Shown: one piece after another, positions 29,430 through 38,208 of the stretch | Numbering within the stretch: position 1 is the first letter of the stretch | Layout: each line of letters opens with the position of its first letter | Source: an uncultured Bdellovibrionales bacterium | GTDB lineage: Bacteria; Patescibacteriota; Minisyncoccia; Moranbacterales; UBA11712 | Reading direction: 5' to 3' | Assembly (NCBI GenBank): GCA_964519445.1 | Contig: CAZFIH010000001.1 | Location: forward strand, 2,144-66,143 | DNA: 64,000 nt | Notes under the pieces: model-generated | What the model was told of the DNA's origin: nothing | Databases searched by the model: none | Seen by the model: the letters and a program-made list of their open reading frames with translations, nothing else | Translations under genes and position numbers: made by a program

Positions 29430-29550
29430 AAATTTCCAAATTACAAGCGCCAACCACAACAAAATAAGATTCAATTATCAATTTTCAAATGACAGAATTT
29501 TTGGATTTGAACATTGGAATTTGGTGCTTATTTGGAATTTGAGATTCGGT
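29430..29550. repeat. CAAAT/ATTTG(G)-family low-complexity inverted-repeat element
   Basis: TTCCAAATTACAAGCGCCAA...TTGGAATTTGGTGCTTATTTGGAATTTG; similar to the rnpB insertion at 35092-35219. Confidence 0.75.
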
Positions 29551-30651
29551 TTATTGGTATTTGTGCGCGCGGAGCGCGTTCTCAATGTGGTATTTCATTT
29601 TACTCTTAAATATTTCTCTGTCAAATGGGAGAGCTCTCTGGCGGATCGCGTCAGAGTCGAAGTTTTGAGCATTGAATTTTCGAAGAATATTCATAAGAGA
29701 AGCAGAAGTTTGATCTTCGAAGAAAAGGCCGTCAACGCCTTCCCGCACGTGTTCAACGATATCCCCTCCCCGAAAAGCGATAATGGGTTTTCCGGAGGCC
29801 ATGGCCTCAACAGCCACGATTCCAAAATCTTCTTCCTGCGGAAAAATGAAAGCTTGAGCTTGAGCGTACACTTTGGCCAGTTCTTCATCACTCACTCGAC
29901 CCATGAATTCAATCGTGGGGCCGGCCATTTTCTGAAGCCGGTTTTGGTCGGGGCCGCGGCCAATGATTTTGAGAGGCCAGCCGAGCCGGTTGAAAGTTTC
30001 GATGACGATGTCAAATCTTTTGTAAGTCATCAGTCTTCCCACCATCAAAAAATAATCGCCTCGATTGGGATCGAGATGGAATTTTCCAGTGTCAACTGGA
30101 GGGTTTATGACCGTGGATTCTTTTTTGTAGTATTTTTTTATCCGCCCGGCCACGAACTTGGAATTGGCGACATACTCGCTCGGCCTTTCAGCGCTTAGCC
30201 GATCCCAGACGCGTATGAAATTCATGAAAAACGGGACCGACTTTCTGATAATCTTGGGAAATCCGAATTCGTCGATGTATTTTTGGCAATCATCCCAGGC
30301 GTATCGCATCGGCGTATGGCAATAGCAGACGTGGTGGACATGGGGCGGCGAGATGACGCCTTTGGCGTAGCTTGAAGAGTCCGAAAGAATGACGTCGTAT
30401 TTTGAGAGGTCGAACTGTTCGATGGCGAGCGGCATCAAGGGTGGAAATATGCGGTGATTTTTTCGGGAATAGGGAAAATTTTGGAGAAACGAGGTATATA
30501 TCCTTTTTTCTCTGAAAATGCCGTGAGTCTTTTTTTCGTCGTAAATAAGCGTATAAATCGGCGCGTAAGGCCAGATTTCAGCGAAGCATTCGAGAACCCG
30601 CTCGGCTCCGCCGTATTGGACGAGATAGTCGTGAACAAGGGCTATTTTCAT
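29551..30651 (-). CDS. Glycosyltransferase family 4
   Basis: MKIALVHDYLVQYGGAERV, YCHTPMRYAWD, EEDFGIVAVEAMASG. Confidence 0.95.
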   Translation of the reverse strand: MKIALVHDYLVQYGGAERVLECFAEIWPYAPIYTLIYDEKKTHGIFREKRIYTSFLQNFPYSRKNHRIFPPLMPLAIEQFDLSKYDVILSDSSSYAKGVISPPHVHHVCYCHTPMRYAWDDCQKYIDEFGFPKIIRKSVPFFMNFIRVWDRLSAERPSEYVANSKFVAGRIKKYYKKESTVINPPVDTGKFHLDPNRGDYFLMVGRLMTYKRFDIVIETFNRLGWPLKIIGRGPDQNRLQKMAGPTIEFMGRVSDEELAKVYAQAQAFIFPQEEDFGIVAVEAMASGKPIIAFRGGDIVEHVREGVDGLFFEDQTSASLMNILRKFNAQNFDSDAIRQRALPFDREIFKSKMKYHIENALRAHKYQ

Positions 30652-30744
30652 AAGAGATGATGCTAATCCGCCAACCTTATGCTAATCAACGAATTGCGAA
30701 TTGTGCGAATAAATTTTAGCTTTTTTGGGCGGTTTTAGCAAATG

Positions 30745-30776
30745 AAAAGCCCTGCCGTCGTTTGGCGGCAGGGCTT
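30745..30776 (-). terminator. Hairpin terminator
   Basis: AAGCCCTGCCG...CGGCAGGGCTT stem with a T-rich tail on the minus strand. Confidence 0.6.
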
Positions 30777-30798
30777 GGGTTGCCGAAAAATATCTCCC

Positions 30799-30984
30799 TT
30801 ATTTGTAGGGCGGAAAAGGAGCACCCGTAGCGGCTAGAAATGCCGCTACTCCAATTAAAGTAAGTAAGAAGTGCCAACCCTTTTCCGGTACCCATAATCC
30901 CCCACAAGTGAATGCGGTGACAATCGCCGCTCCGATACAGAACCAGATCGCAACTTTTACATAAACCCAACTTGGAACTGGCAT
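30799..30984 (-). CDS. Small two-TM hypothetical protein
   Basis: 61 aa; strong SD AAGGAGG upstream. Confidence 0.6.
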   Translation of the reverse strand: MPVPSWVYVKVAIWFCIGAAIVTAFTCGGLWVPEKGWHFLLTLIGVAAFLAATGAPFPPYK

Positions 30985-31024
30985 GATTTAAATCCTCCTT
31001 GGATTGTTGAGATGAGACCTCGTC

Positions 31025-31369
31025 TTAATATTGCATTGGTCGATAGAAACCAGTAACGAAGTTGTTAAAAGATTCAGCGATCTGATCCCATCGTCGGTAC
31101 CATTTGCAGTTTTCCGGTCGAGCGAGGTAGGGCTTACTATTGGCTTGATCCCAAGGTCGTGGACAAGTGAACACCCAGGCGATATCTTTGGCCTGAGTAT
31201 TAGTAAGTCCAAGTTTACTAAAAAACTTACGAGCGTCTCCGTAGGATTCTAACGACGCCCATACTTCAGGTGGTATGAAAACCCCGACCTTTTTATTGTA
31301 AACATTAAAAAGCGCAATTGCGTCCTTTATCCGCTCCTTTTTGTTTTTTGGCCGTATGTATCCAGACAT
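31025..31369 (-). CDS. Hypothetical protein
   Basis: 114 aa; SD GGAGG upstream; immediately downstream of the phosphoesterase gene. Confidence 0.65.
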   Translation of the reverse strand: MSGYIRPKNKKERIKDAIALFNVYNKKVGVFIPPEVWASLESYGDARKFFSKLGLTNTQAKDIAWVFTCPRPWDQANSKPYLARPENCKWYRRWDQIAESFNNFVTGFYRPMQY

Positions 31370-31385
31370 AACTTTTCTATCCTCC

Positions 31386-32390
31386 TCAAGATTCTAATTT
31401 TAGGATTTCGTAATTTCCGCTTTCATACAGTTCCAGAACAAAGAAACTTTTGGTCTCAGCAACGGACGGAATGTACAGCAAGTCATACTTCTCGAATAGT
31501 TCGAACCGATGCAAGTTTCCTTCGGCCCAGGCAATGATCCGGTTTGCCCGATCGAAGCGGTTTTGAAGTCCCCAAAATGCACGAAGCAATAGCCGACCCC
31601 AAAAGCTTTTGGCGAGTTTTCCGACGGTTCTGTATCCGCGGAAGTTTCTTTCTCGATGGAAATGTCCGCATATTACTTTCGTGATTTTATCCGCGCCGGG
31701 GAACTGGTCAATGACCTCAATTGCGTCCGCGTCGTGGAGAAAGAGGAAAACTTTCTGGCCGGCGGGGACGTTCAGGAGATATTCCGTGAGAAATATTTCC
31801 TGTTCATGCTTCAGAGATTCGATCTCTTTTCGTTCTTTGTCTTCAAGATGATCAGTGCTCTGAATGAAAAGCGAAGAAGAGACTGTGATGAAATGAAAAT
31901 CTCCATTTCGCCAGGCGTCGAAAAGCGGGCCGAGAATTTTCCTGAAATTCTCGAGGCTTGCCAGCCTCATTCCGCCCCCGGGGTCGACTTTGACGGGCAG
32001 TTGGTAGCCAAGTTCATGATCACCAGAAATAAAATGGGCACTTTCAGGCTCGATTCTGACAGAATAGAGCATGAAATTTTTCAGCATAGTGATTTCTTCC
32101 ACGTCAACTGAAGTGACGATACCCCTCTCGTTGTATACACATTCAATGAGATCGCCTGTAAAAATCAATCCGTCAAGATGTCCGATCTCCCCAGACATTT
32201 TCAAGTCATAAATCTTTAGGAGAGTTATTCGGAAATTTTGATTATTCAGCTTTTTCTGTTTTCGGAAAATTAGCCAATCCCACAATCTGTCCCAGCCCTT
32301 GACGACAATTCCCTTTTGTTTTTCAGGCGGAACAACCATCCACCAGTGGGCGTCCGACATCAGCAAATATCTGGCCAGCAGCTGGCTCAT
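31386..32390 (-). CDS. Calcineurin-like metallophosphoesterase
   Basis: SDAH, TGDLIE, SGDHE (variant of GNHE), FLHD and CGHFH motifs. Confidence 0.8.
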   Translation of the reverse strand: MSQLLARYLLMSDAHWWMVVPPEKQKGIVVKGWDRLWDWLIFRKQKKLNNQNFRITLLKIYDLKMSGEIGHLDGLIFTGDLIECVYNERGIVTSVDVEEITMLKNFMLYSVRIEPESAHFISGDHELGYQLPVKVDPGGGMRLASLENFRKILGPLFDAWRNGDFHFITVSSSLFIQSTDHLEDKERKEIESLKHEQEIFLTEYLLNVPAGQKVFLFLHDADAIEVIDQFPGADKITKVICGHFHRERNFRGYRTVGKLAKSFWGRLLLRAFWGLQNRFDRANRIIAWAEGNLHRFELFEKYDLLYIPSVAETKSFFVLELYESGNYEILKLES

Positions 32391-32467
32391 TTTCAGATCC
32401 CCCTAAGAAGGAATTTTATTCAAATTTTAAAGAATTCGGTGCATTGTATTACAAAAAAATAGCCTTG

Positions 32468-33085
32468 TCAATTTCTTTTGTCAGGCTTGGAATTGCCGAG
32501 TAAAACTTTCGACCGGCGTTTTTTGTAGATAGTGAAGACGATGAAAAACAAAACGGCGGCGGAGAAAATGACAATTCCCGCGTATTCGATGTACTGGCTG
32601 ATTTGCTCCGCGGCGTAGCCGAAGAAATAGCCGACAATCACCAAGCCCGTGCTCCAAATGAGTCCTCCCAGAACCGAAAAAGTGACAAATTTTCGAAAGC
32701 GCATTTTGAGCGTTCCGGCGGTGATGAAGGTGATATAGCTCAAGCCGGCCGTTGTTTTGATATAAAAAATTATTTTCCCGCTATTCTCATGAAATTTATT
32801 TTTGAGCTTTTCAACTGTAGCGGAATTGATTTTCAAAAATTTTTCCGCTTTGGCCAGGACGCGGGATCCGCCGAAGTAACCGATTCCGTAGAGAATAATA
32901 TCACCCAGGACATCGCCCAGAACGCTCATAACAAACACGATGAAAACATTGAAAAAACCCATGGAAGCCAAAAAAGCCGCGATCATCGTCGCGAAGGGCC
33001 CCTCCAGAGTCATAAAAAGAAGCATGGCCGGATAACCCCAATACGGGAGATGTCGGATGAATTCCCGGGAAGTTAGGTCAAGCAT
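32468..33085 (-). CDS. DedA family membrane protein
   Basis: GYPAMLLFMTLEGP, GDVLGDIILYGIGYFGG, AGTLKMRFRKF. Confidence 0.9.
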   Translation of the reverse strand: MLDLTSREFIRHLPYWGYPAMLLFMTLEGPFATMIAAFLASMGFFNVFIVFVMSVLGDVLGDIILYGIGYFGGSRVLAKAEKFLKINSATVEKLKNKFHENSGKIIFYIKTTAGLSYITFITAGTLKMRFRKFVTFSVLGGLIWSTGLVIVGYFFGYAAEQISQYIEYAGIVIFSAAVLFFIVFTIYKKRRSKVLLGNSKPDKRN

Positions 33086-33194
33086 AATTTATGAACTATG
33101 AAATAAACGAAAGTACGAAACAGATTTCAAGATATTGATTGATTCATAAAGGGAAAAAGTTCCTGATATTTCAACGCTTTCGTATTTCGTAATG

Positions 33195-34613
33195 CTAAAG
33201 ATTTTTCCTTTTCTTCATCAGCACGAAAAATGTTTTAAATAGAATTTCAATATCCATCCAGAGCGACCAGTTTTCAATGTAGTAAATGTCCAGTTGAGCC
33301 TCCTCGGAAAAGCTCAAATCGGACCGTCCCGAGATTTGGGCCATTCCCGTCACGCCGGGCTTGATGGAGAGAGTCCTCTTCTGCCAGGTCTCGTATTTTT
33401 CGACTTCGCGCGGCTGGTGAGGGCGCGGTCCGACAAGACTCATGTCTCCTTTGAGAACGTTCCAGAGCTGGGGAAGCTCGTCAATGGAGAGCGGTTCAAT
33501 GATTTTTCCCACTCGCGTTTTGCGAGGGTCCTTTTTTATTTTGTAAAGGGGGCCTTTGCGCACACTTTGCTTTTCGATAAGCTCTTTCTCATATTCCAAG
33601 GCGTCTTTCATGTTAGGATTTTGGGAGCCGACGCAATACTCTATTTTCATATAGCGAAATTTCAAAACATTGAAATTTCTCTTGTGGCCAACCCGTTCGT
33701 TTTTGAAGATGATGGGGCCTTTTGAATCGAGCTTGATGGCGATCGCCGTAAGAAGGAGCACTGGAGACATGAGCACGAGTCCGGTGAATGATCCGACAAT
33801 GTCAAACGCTCTTTTGATTATTTTCCCCCATCCGTCGAGCGGCGTGTTCTTGATGGCGATAATTGGTTCATCAAAAAGAGTTTTGATTTCAAAATTAGTG
33901 CTGACTGACTGAAGAATTGCCGGAACAAATTTGAATTCAATCCGATTTCGGTGGCAGAAGTCGCTGGCTTCGCGGAGTTTTTCCATGGCAATGTGCGGAT
34001 CGCAAACCAGAATCTCGTCTATTTTTTTGACTTTGTGGATTTCTTGAAGAGAATCAACGTTTATGTCATCTTTCCTGGCGATGATTTTGTACCCAAGACT
34101 GGGATTTTTGTGAAACTGTTCACACAGTGTGTCGCAGTATCTGCCGCTTCCAATCAGAACCATTCTGTGAAGGCCGATGCTCTTGTAGACAAGAAGGAGC
34201 CGTTGAAAGAAGTTAATGGCATAGCGGGACGTGGATACCAGGACGATAGCCAATCCCCAGGCTGTGAGTATGACAAAACGCGAAGAAAACCAGTCCCTTT
34301 GCAGGAATATGACAAAGATAATTAGTGTCACACCGACAGTGACGGAAAAAGCAATTTCAATCAGTTCTTTCCAGAAAACTCGGGTTGATTTGAGTGAATA
34401 TAGGCCCTGAATCGCAAAAATGACCAAAAAAAACGGGGCGATAATGAGGACCACCTTGAGATAAGCATTGAAGGGGAAATCAAATAAAACCGGCTTTATG
34501 TCGATGATGCCGGGAGTAAAACGAAACCAATAAGCAAGAACAGCCGCAGCTACGATCATCAGGAAGTCAACCGGAAGAAGCAGGAGAGCGAAGATTAGCT
34601 CTGATTTTTTCAT
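33195..34613 (-). CDS. Priming polyprenyl glycosylphosphotransferase (sugar transferase)
   Basis: [56 protein letters not shown]. Confidence 0.95.
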   Translation of the reverse strand: MKKSELIFALLLLPVDFLMIVAAAVLAYWFRFTPGIIDIKPVLFDFPFNAYLKVVLIIAPFFLVIFAIQGLYSLKSTRVFWKELIEIAFSVTVGVTLIIFVIFLQRDWFSSRFVILTAWGLAIVLVSTSRYAINFFQRLLLVYKSIGLHRMVLIGSGRYCDTLCEQFHKNPSLGYKIIARKDDINVDSLQEIHKVKKIDEILVCDPHIAMEKLREASDFCHRNRIEFKFVPAILQSVSTNFEIKTLFDEPIIAIKNTPLDGWGKIIKRAFDIVGSFTGLVLMSPVLLLTAIAIKLDSKGPIIFKNERVGHKRNFNVLKFRYMKIEYCVGSQNPNMKDALEYEKELIEKQSVRKGPLYKIKKDPRKTRVGKIIEPLSIDELPQLWNVLKGDMSLVGPRPHQPREVEKYETWQKRTLSIKPGVTGMAQISGRSDLSFSEEAQLDIYYIENWSLWMDIEILFKTFFVLMKKRKNL

Positions 34614-34730
34614 GCGGTCGTTACGAAGTACGAACTCCTACGAAGTTGCGAACTCGTGCAAATTTATTATTTATATTCAAAAGCGAGTCCGATGGTGTTT
34701 CAAGGATTTATTTCAATAACACTAATATAT

Positions 34731-35410
34731 ACAGTTAGCCAAAACCTGTAAGCCGGATTCTGTCCCCTCCCTTCACGAAGGAAGGGGGATAATCATTTAT
34801 CTAGCCCCGGCGTCGCCGACGGGGTCAAGCGTCTCCCCCTTTCTCTACCAAGGAAGGGGTACAGACTTGCATCAGGCAGGGTTTGCCAAGGCACGGCCGT
34901 TGCCAGCCGGCTCCAATCGCAGCTCAATACCTCACGTGAGTGAATATTGAACACCAATCGGCTTTTCACCTTTGACCGACGCGAAGCATCGGCTAGTATA
35001 GTCTCTGTGGCACTTTCCCTGAATCCATCTTTCAATGAAACCGATGGGCGTTATCCATTGCCTGCTTCCACCACTGCCTCGCAACGGGAGCTCCAATAAT
35101 CAAGCGCCAAATGACAAATAAATATCAATTACCGAAATTCTAATGACCAGAAGTTTTGGTTATCGGAAATTGGTATTTGGAAATTATTAGGTATTTGGAT
35201 TTTGAAATTTGGAATTTCCGATGCGAAGCATTGGAGGGATGTCCGGACTTTCCTCGCGGATCCTTACGAATTACGAATACGCTTCGCTCTTACGAACATA
35301 CGAACTACGAATTATCTTTATTAACATCAGAGGATGATGCGGGTTCGTAGATTCGTATTCATTCCGTAATTCGTAAGGATCCGCGCGATTATCCGGTTTT
35401 GGCTAACTGT
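34731..35410 (-). ncRNA. rnpB: RNase P RNA with two large insertions (~680 nt)
   Basis: P1 ACAGTTAGCCAAAACC/GGTTTTGGCTAACTGT; GAGGAAAGTCCGG (CR-I), GGAAAGTGCCACAGA, GGTGAAA, GGCAAACCC, ACAGAATCCGGCTTAC (CR-V). Confidence 0.95.
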
Positions 35411-35446
35411 ATATATTATAATACTTTGCCGACTTTGTCAACCTCG

Positions 35447-35884
35447 TTAGAAAATTCTCGATTGGGCCCGAGTGGCTTCGTCCAGGGCTATATTGGCCAG
35501 TTTGTCGGCTTCAACGTTTTTACTTCTGGGAATGTGGAAATATTTCACATCTTTGAAGTCTATGGATAGATTCCAGAGGAGTAAAAAAAATTTCTGAATA
35601 TTATCGTCGAGCACTTTGTATTTTTTGTTCAGTTGCTTCACCACCAGCTCGCTGTCCGAATAGCATTCCAGCTCCAGACTCTTGCTTTTTGTTTTTCCGT
35701 ATAGCAATTTGATTTTCTGGAGAGCAAAAACAAGAGCTTTGTACTCGGCTTCGTTGTTGGTGGCGTAGCCGATGAATTCTCGGTAGGTTTTTTTGCTTCC
35801 GGTACTCTCGATTACGACTCCGATGGCCGAAGGGCCGGGGTTCCCCCGCGCGGCTCCATCGGAATAGACTCGTATTTTACTCAT
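35447..35884 (-). CDS. rnhA: Ribonuclease HI family protein
   Basis: YSDGAARGNPGP, TNNEAEY, DSELVVKQL, HIPRSKNVEADKLAN. Confidence 0.92.
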   Translation of the reverse strand: MSKIRVYSDGAARGNPGPSAIGVVIESTGSKKTYREFIGYATNNEAEYKALVFALQKIKLLYGKTKSKSLELECYSDSELVVKQLNKKYKVLDDNIQKFFLLLWNLSIDFKDVKYFHIPRSKNVEADKLANIALDEATRAQSRIF

Positions 35885-35901
35885 TTTTATTGGATAGTTA
35901 T

Positions 35902-37608
35902 TTAGGAATCCTTTCGGATGTCGATGATGTGAAGTTCAATCTTGTGATTCCCGTTGAATTCGTTGGATTTCAACTTAAAGGCAATAGAAACGCTCTCATT
36001 TTTTTTCAGCTGATAAAACTTCTCGTCGGCGTTGAAAAATATGCCTTCAAAATTTTTTGCCGGAATTTTTTTGGCGCTCAAGCGCAGTTTCAAATGCTTT
36101 CCCCCGTTTCCCACGAGCCGAGATTCTTCAATCAGCATGTTTTCAGCGGCGAAAATAGGCTCCCGATTTCCTTCTCCGAAAGGAGCAAATTTCTTGATTT
36201 CGGAAAGAAGATCCCAGTCAATCTGCTCCGGACCGATTGACAAGTCGATGTGAATGCTTTTCCCCCAGGTCTTTTTATCGTAGCTCTTTTCGGCGATTTT
36301 GCGCAAATTTTTTTCGAATTGAGGGAAATTATGCGGTTTTATTTTTATTCCCATGGCCTGCGCGTGCCCCCCGAAACTTTCCAGAAGGCGCTCCGACTCG
36401 GAAACGGACTCAATCAGGTTGAAATGCTCGATACTTCTTCCGGAACCCTCAATGATATGGTTTTCTTCTCGGAGCACGAAAGCGGGACAATGATATTCCT
36501 CCGAGAGTTTTCCGGCAACGACTCCCAAAACTCCCAAAGGCCAATGTTCCCCTTTTTTGATTATCAGCTTATGTTCAGTCTTCTCATCCATATTGGCTTT
36601 GATTTCCCTGTAAATTTCTTCCGTAATTTTTTGTCTCTGGCTGTTTTTCTTTTCCAGTTCCAGGGCGAGGACGCGTGCTTTGACCGGGTCTTTTTCGGAA
36701 AGGAGGTTGAGTGTTATGTCAGCGTGATCCATTCTTCCGGCGGCATTGAGCCGGGGCCCGATTTGGAAAGAGATCATCTCGGATTTCGGCGGACTGGCGT
36801 CACCAACGTTGAGACGGGCCGTTTTGATAATTTCTTGAAGGCCGAGCCGTTTTGTCTTTTGAAGAACGATAAGCCCGAATTTGGCAAAAATCCTGTTCTC
36901 TTCCAAAAGAGGGACGCAATCAGCGATTGTTCCGATAGCAACCAGATCCAGGAGCCATTTCAGTTGTTCTATTTTTCCCGGCATGGCTTTTTTCCAAAGA
37001 GCGCTCGCAACCTTGAACACGACGCCCACTCCGGCCAGTTCCTGAAAAGGATACTTCTGATCCGGAAGTTTGGGATTGATGAGAATGGCGCCTTGAGGCA
37101 GGGTCTTGGGAATTGAATGGTGATCTATGACGATTACATCCATGTCTAGTTTTCGAGCATAAAGAATCTCTTTCCTGTTTGATATGCCGCAATCGACCGT
37201 GACAAGCAGATCAGGATCATACTCTTTTTTCAGGAAGTCAAGAGCGGCGCTGTTGAGGCCGTATCCTTCCTTGTTGCGGTCCGGAATATAGGTATTGGGT
37301 TCCAAGCCTACTAATTGCAATGCTTCTTTGAGAACGAGAGTCGAAGTGATTCCGTCTGCGTCATAGTCGCCGAAAATGACCACAGACTCTTTTTTTTCAA
37401 GGGATTTTTCAAACCTCTCTATGGCTTCTTTTGCCCCTGACAAATCCGTCGGATTATGAAGATCCTCATATGTTGCGTTGAAAAAACGTTCGATTTCCTC
37501 TTTAGAAAAAAAACCTCTCTGGAGAAGGAGCTTGAGAGTTATGGGATTCAGGGTGAGTGGCCGTAGATTTTCCGGCATCTTGGGCACCGGGCGAAAAGTC
37601 CATTTCAT
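35902..37608 (-). CDS. recJ: Single-stranded-DNA-specific exonuclease RecJ
   Basis: GDYDADG, TVDCGI, IDHH, GPRLNAAGR, GGHAQA, PFGEGN. Confidence 0.97.
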   Translation of the reverse strand: MKWTFRPVPKMPENLRPLTLNPITLKLLLQRGFFSKEEIERFFNATYEDLHNPTDLSGAKEAIERFEKSLEKKESVVIFGDYDADGITSTLVLKEALQLVGLEPNTYIPDRNKEGYGLNSAALDFLKKEYDPDLLVTVDCGISNRKEILYARKLDMDVIVIDHHSIPKTLPQGAILINPKLPDQKYPFQELAGVGVVFKVASALWKKAMPGKIEQLKWLLDLVAIGTIADCVPLLEENRIFAKFGLIVLQKTKRLGLQEIIKTARLNVGDASPPKSEMISFQIGPRLNAAGRMDHADITLNLLSEKDPVKARVLALELEKKNSQRQKITEEIYREIKANMDEKTEHKLIIKKGEHWPLGVLGVVAGKLSEEYHCPAFVLREENHIIEGSGRSIEHFNLIESVSESERLLESFGGHAQAMGIKIKPHNFPQFEKNLRKIAEKSYDKKTWGKSIHIDLSIGPEQIDWDLLSEIKKFAPFGEGNREPIFAAENMLIEESRLVGNGGKHLKLRLSAKKIPAKNFEGIFFNADEKFYQLKKNESVSIAFKLKSNEFNGNHKIELHIIDIRKDS

Positions 37609-37641
37609 TTAGCTAGCTCAAAGAATGAGTAGATTAGAGAA

Positions 37642-38208
37642 TTATCCGCACCGGGGACATCTGAAAGAGGCATCAAATCTTGTTTCTTCGGCTTTGGGGC
37701 GAAGTTCGAGAAGCATCAGGCTCTGACAAACCGGACATTTGAAGCTTTTTTTTGAAAGCGTGGCCGCCAAGCGGGGAGCGTCCCAAGCATTCGAGTCAAA
37801 ACTGATTCGGTATGAATCTTCGGGCTTGCTGTGAGTGAGATTTTTTACTCGCTTGACAATTTCATTGGCGGTGACTGCTCCCTGAATCATAAATTCCGAA
37901 ATTCCGAATTCCCGAGCTTTTTTCCGGTCTTCTTCTCTTCCCAAATGAGAAAGAATAGCGACGGGGATTTTTTTTGTGTCGACATTTTCCCGAAGAGTTT
38001 TGATGAGCCCGAATCCGTCCATTCGGGGCATTATGATCCCCGTTAGGATTACGTCCGGATTCTCTTTGGTCGCCACGTCGACTCCCTCTAATCCGTCGGC
38101 GGCTTCCAAGACATCAAAACCCTTTTGCTTGAAAACCTGAACATATGTATCTCGAATAATATCATCGTCGTCCACGATAAGTATTTTCAGTTTTTTTCCA
38201 TTTTCCAT
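37642..38208 (-). CDS. Response regulator receiver with C-terminal Zn-ribbon-like domain
   Basis: ILIVDDD receiver; the phosphoacceptor position reads ILTGIIMP (D to G); C-terminal CPVC...CPRC. Confidence 0.85.
   Translation of the reverse strand: MENGKKLKILIVDDDDIIRDTYVQVFKQKGFDVLEAADGLEGVDVATKENPDVILTGIIMPRMDGFGLIKTLRENVDTKKIPVAILSHLGREEDRKKAREFGISEFMIQGAVTANEIVKRVKNLTHSKPEDSYRISFDSNAWDAPRLAATLSKKSFKCPVCQSLMLLELRPKAEETRFDASFRCPRCG

Noticed and set aside
34793-35350. Short ORFs within rnpB
   Set aside because: Incidental frames across RNase P RNA and its low-complexity inserts; no endonuclease or IVS-protein motifs.
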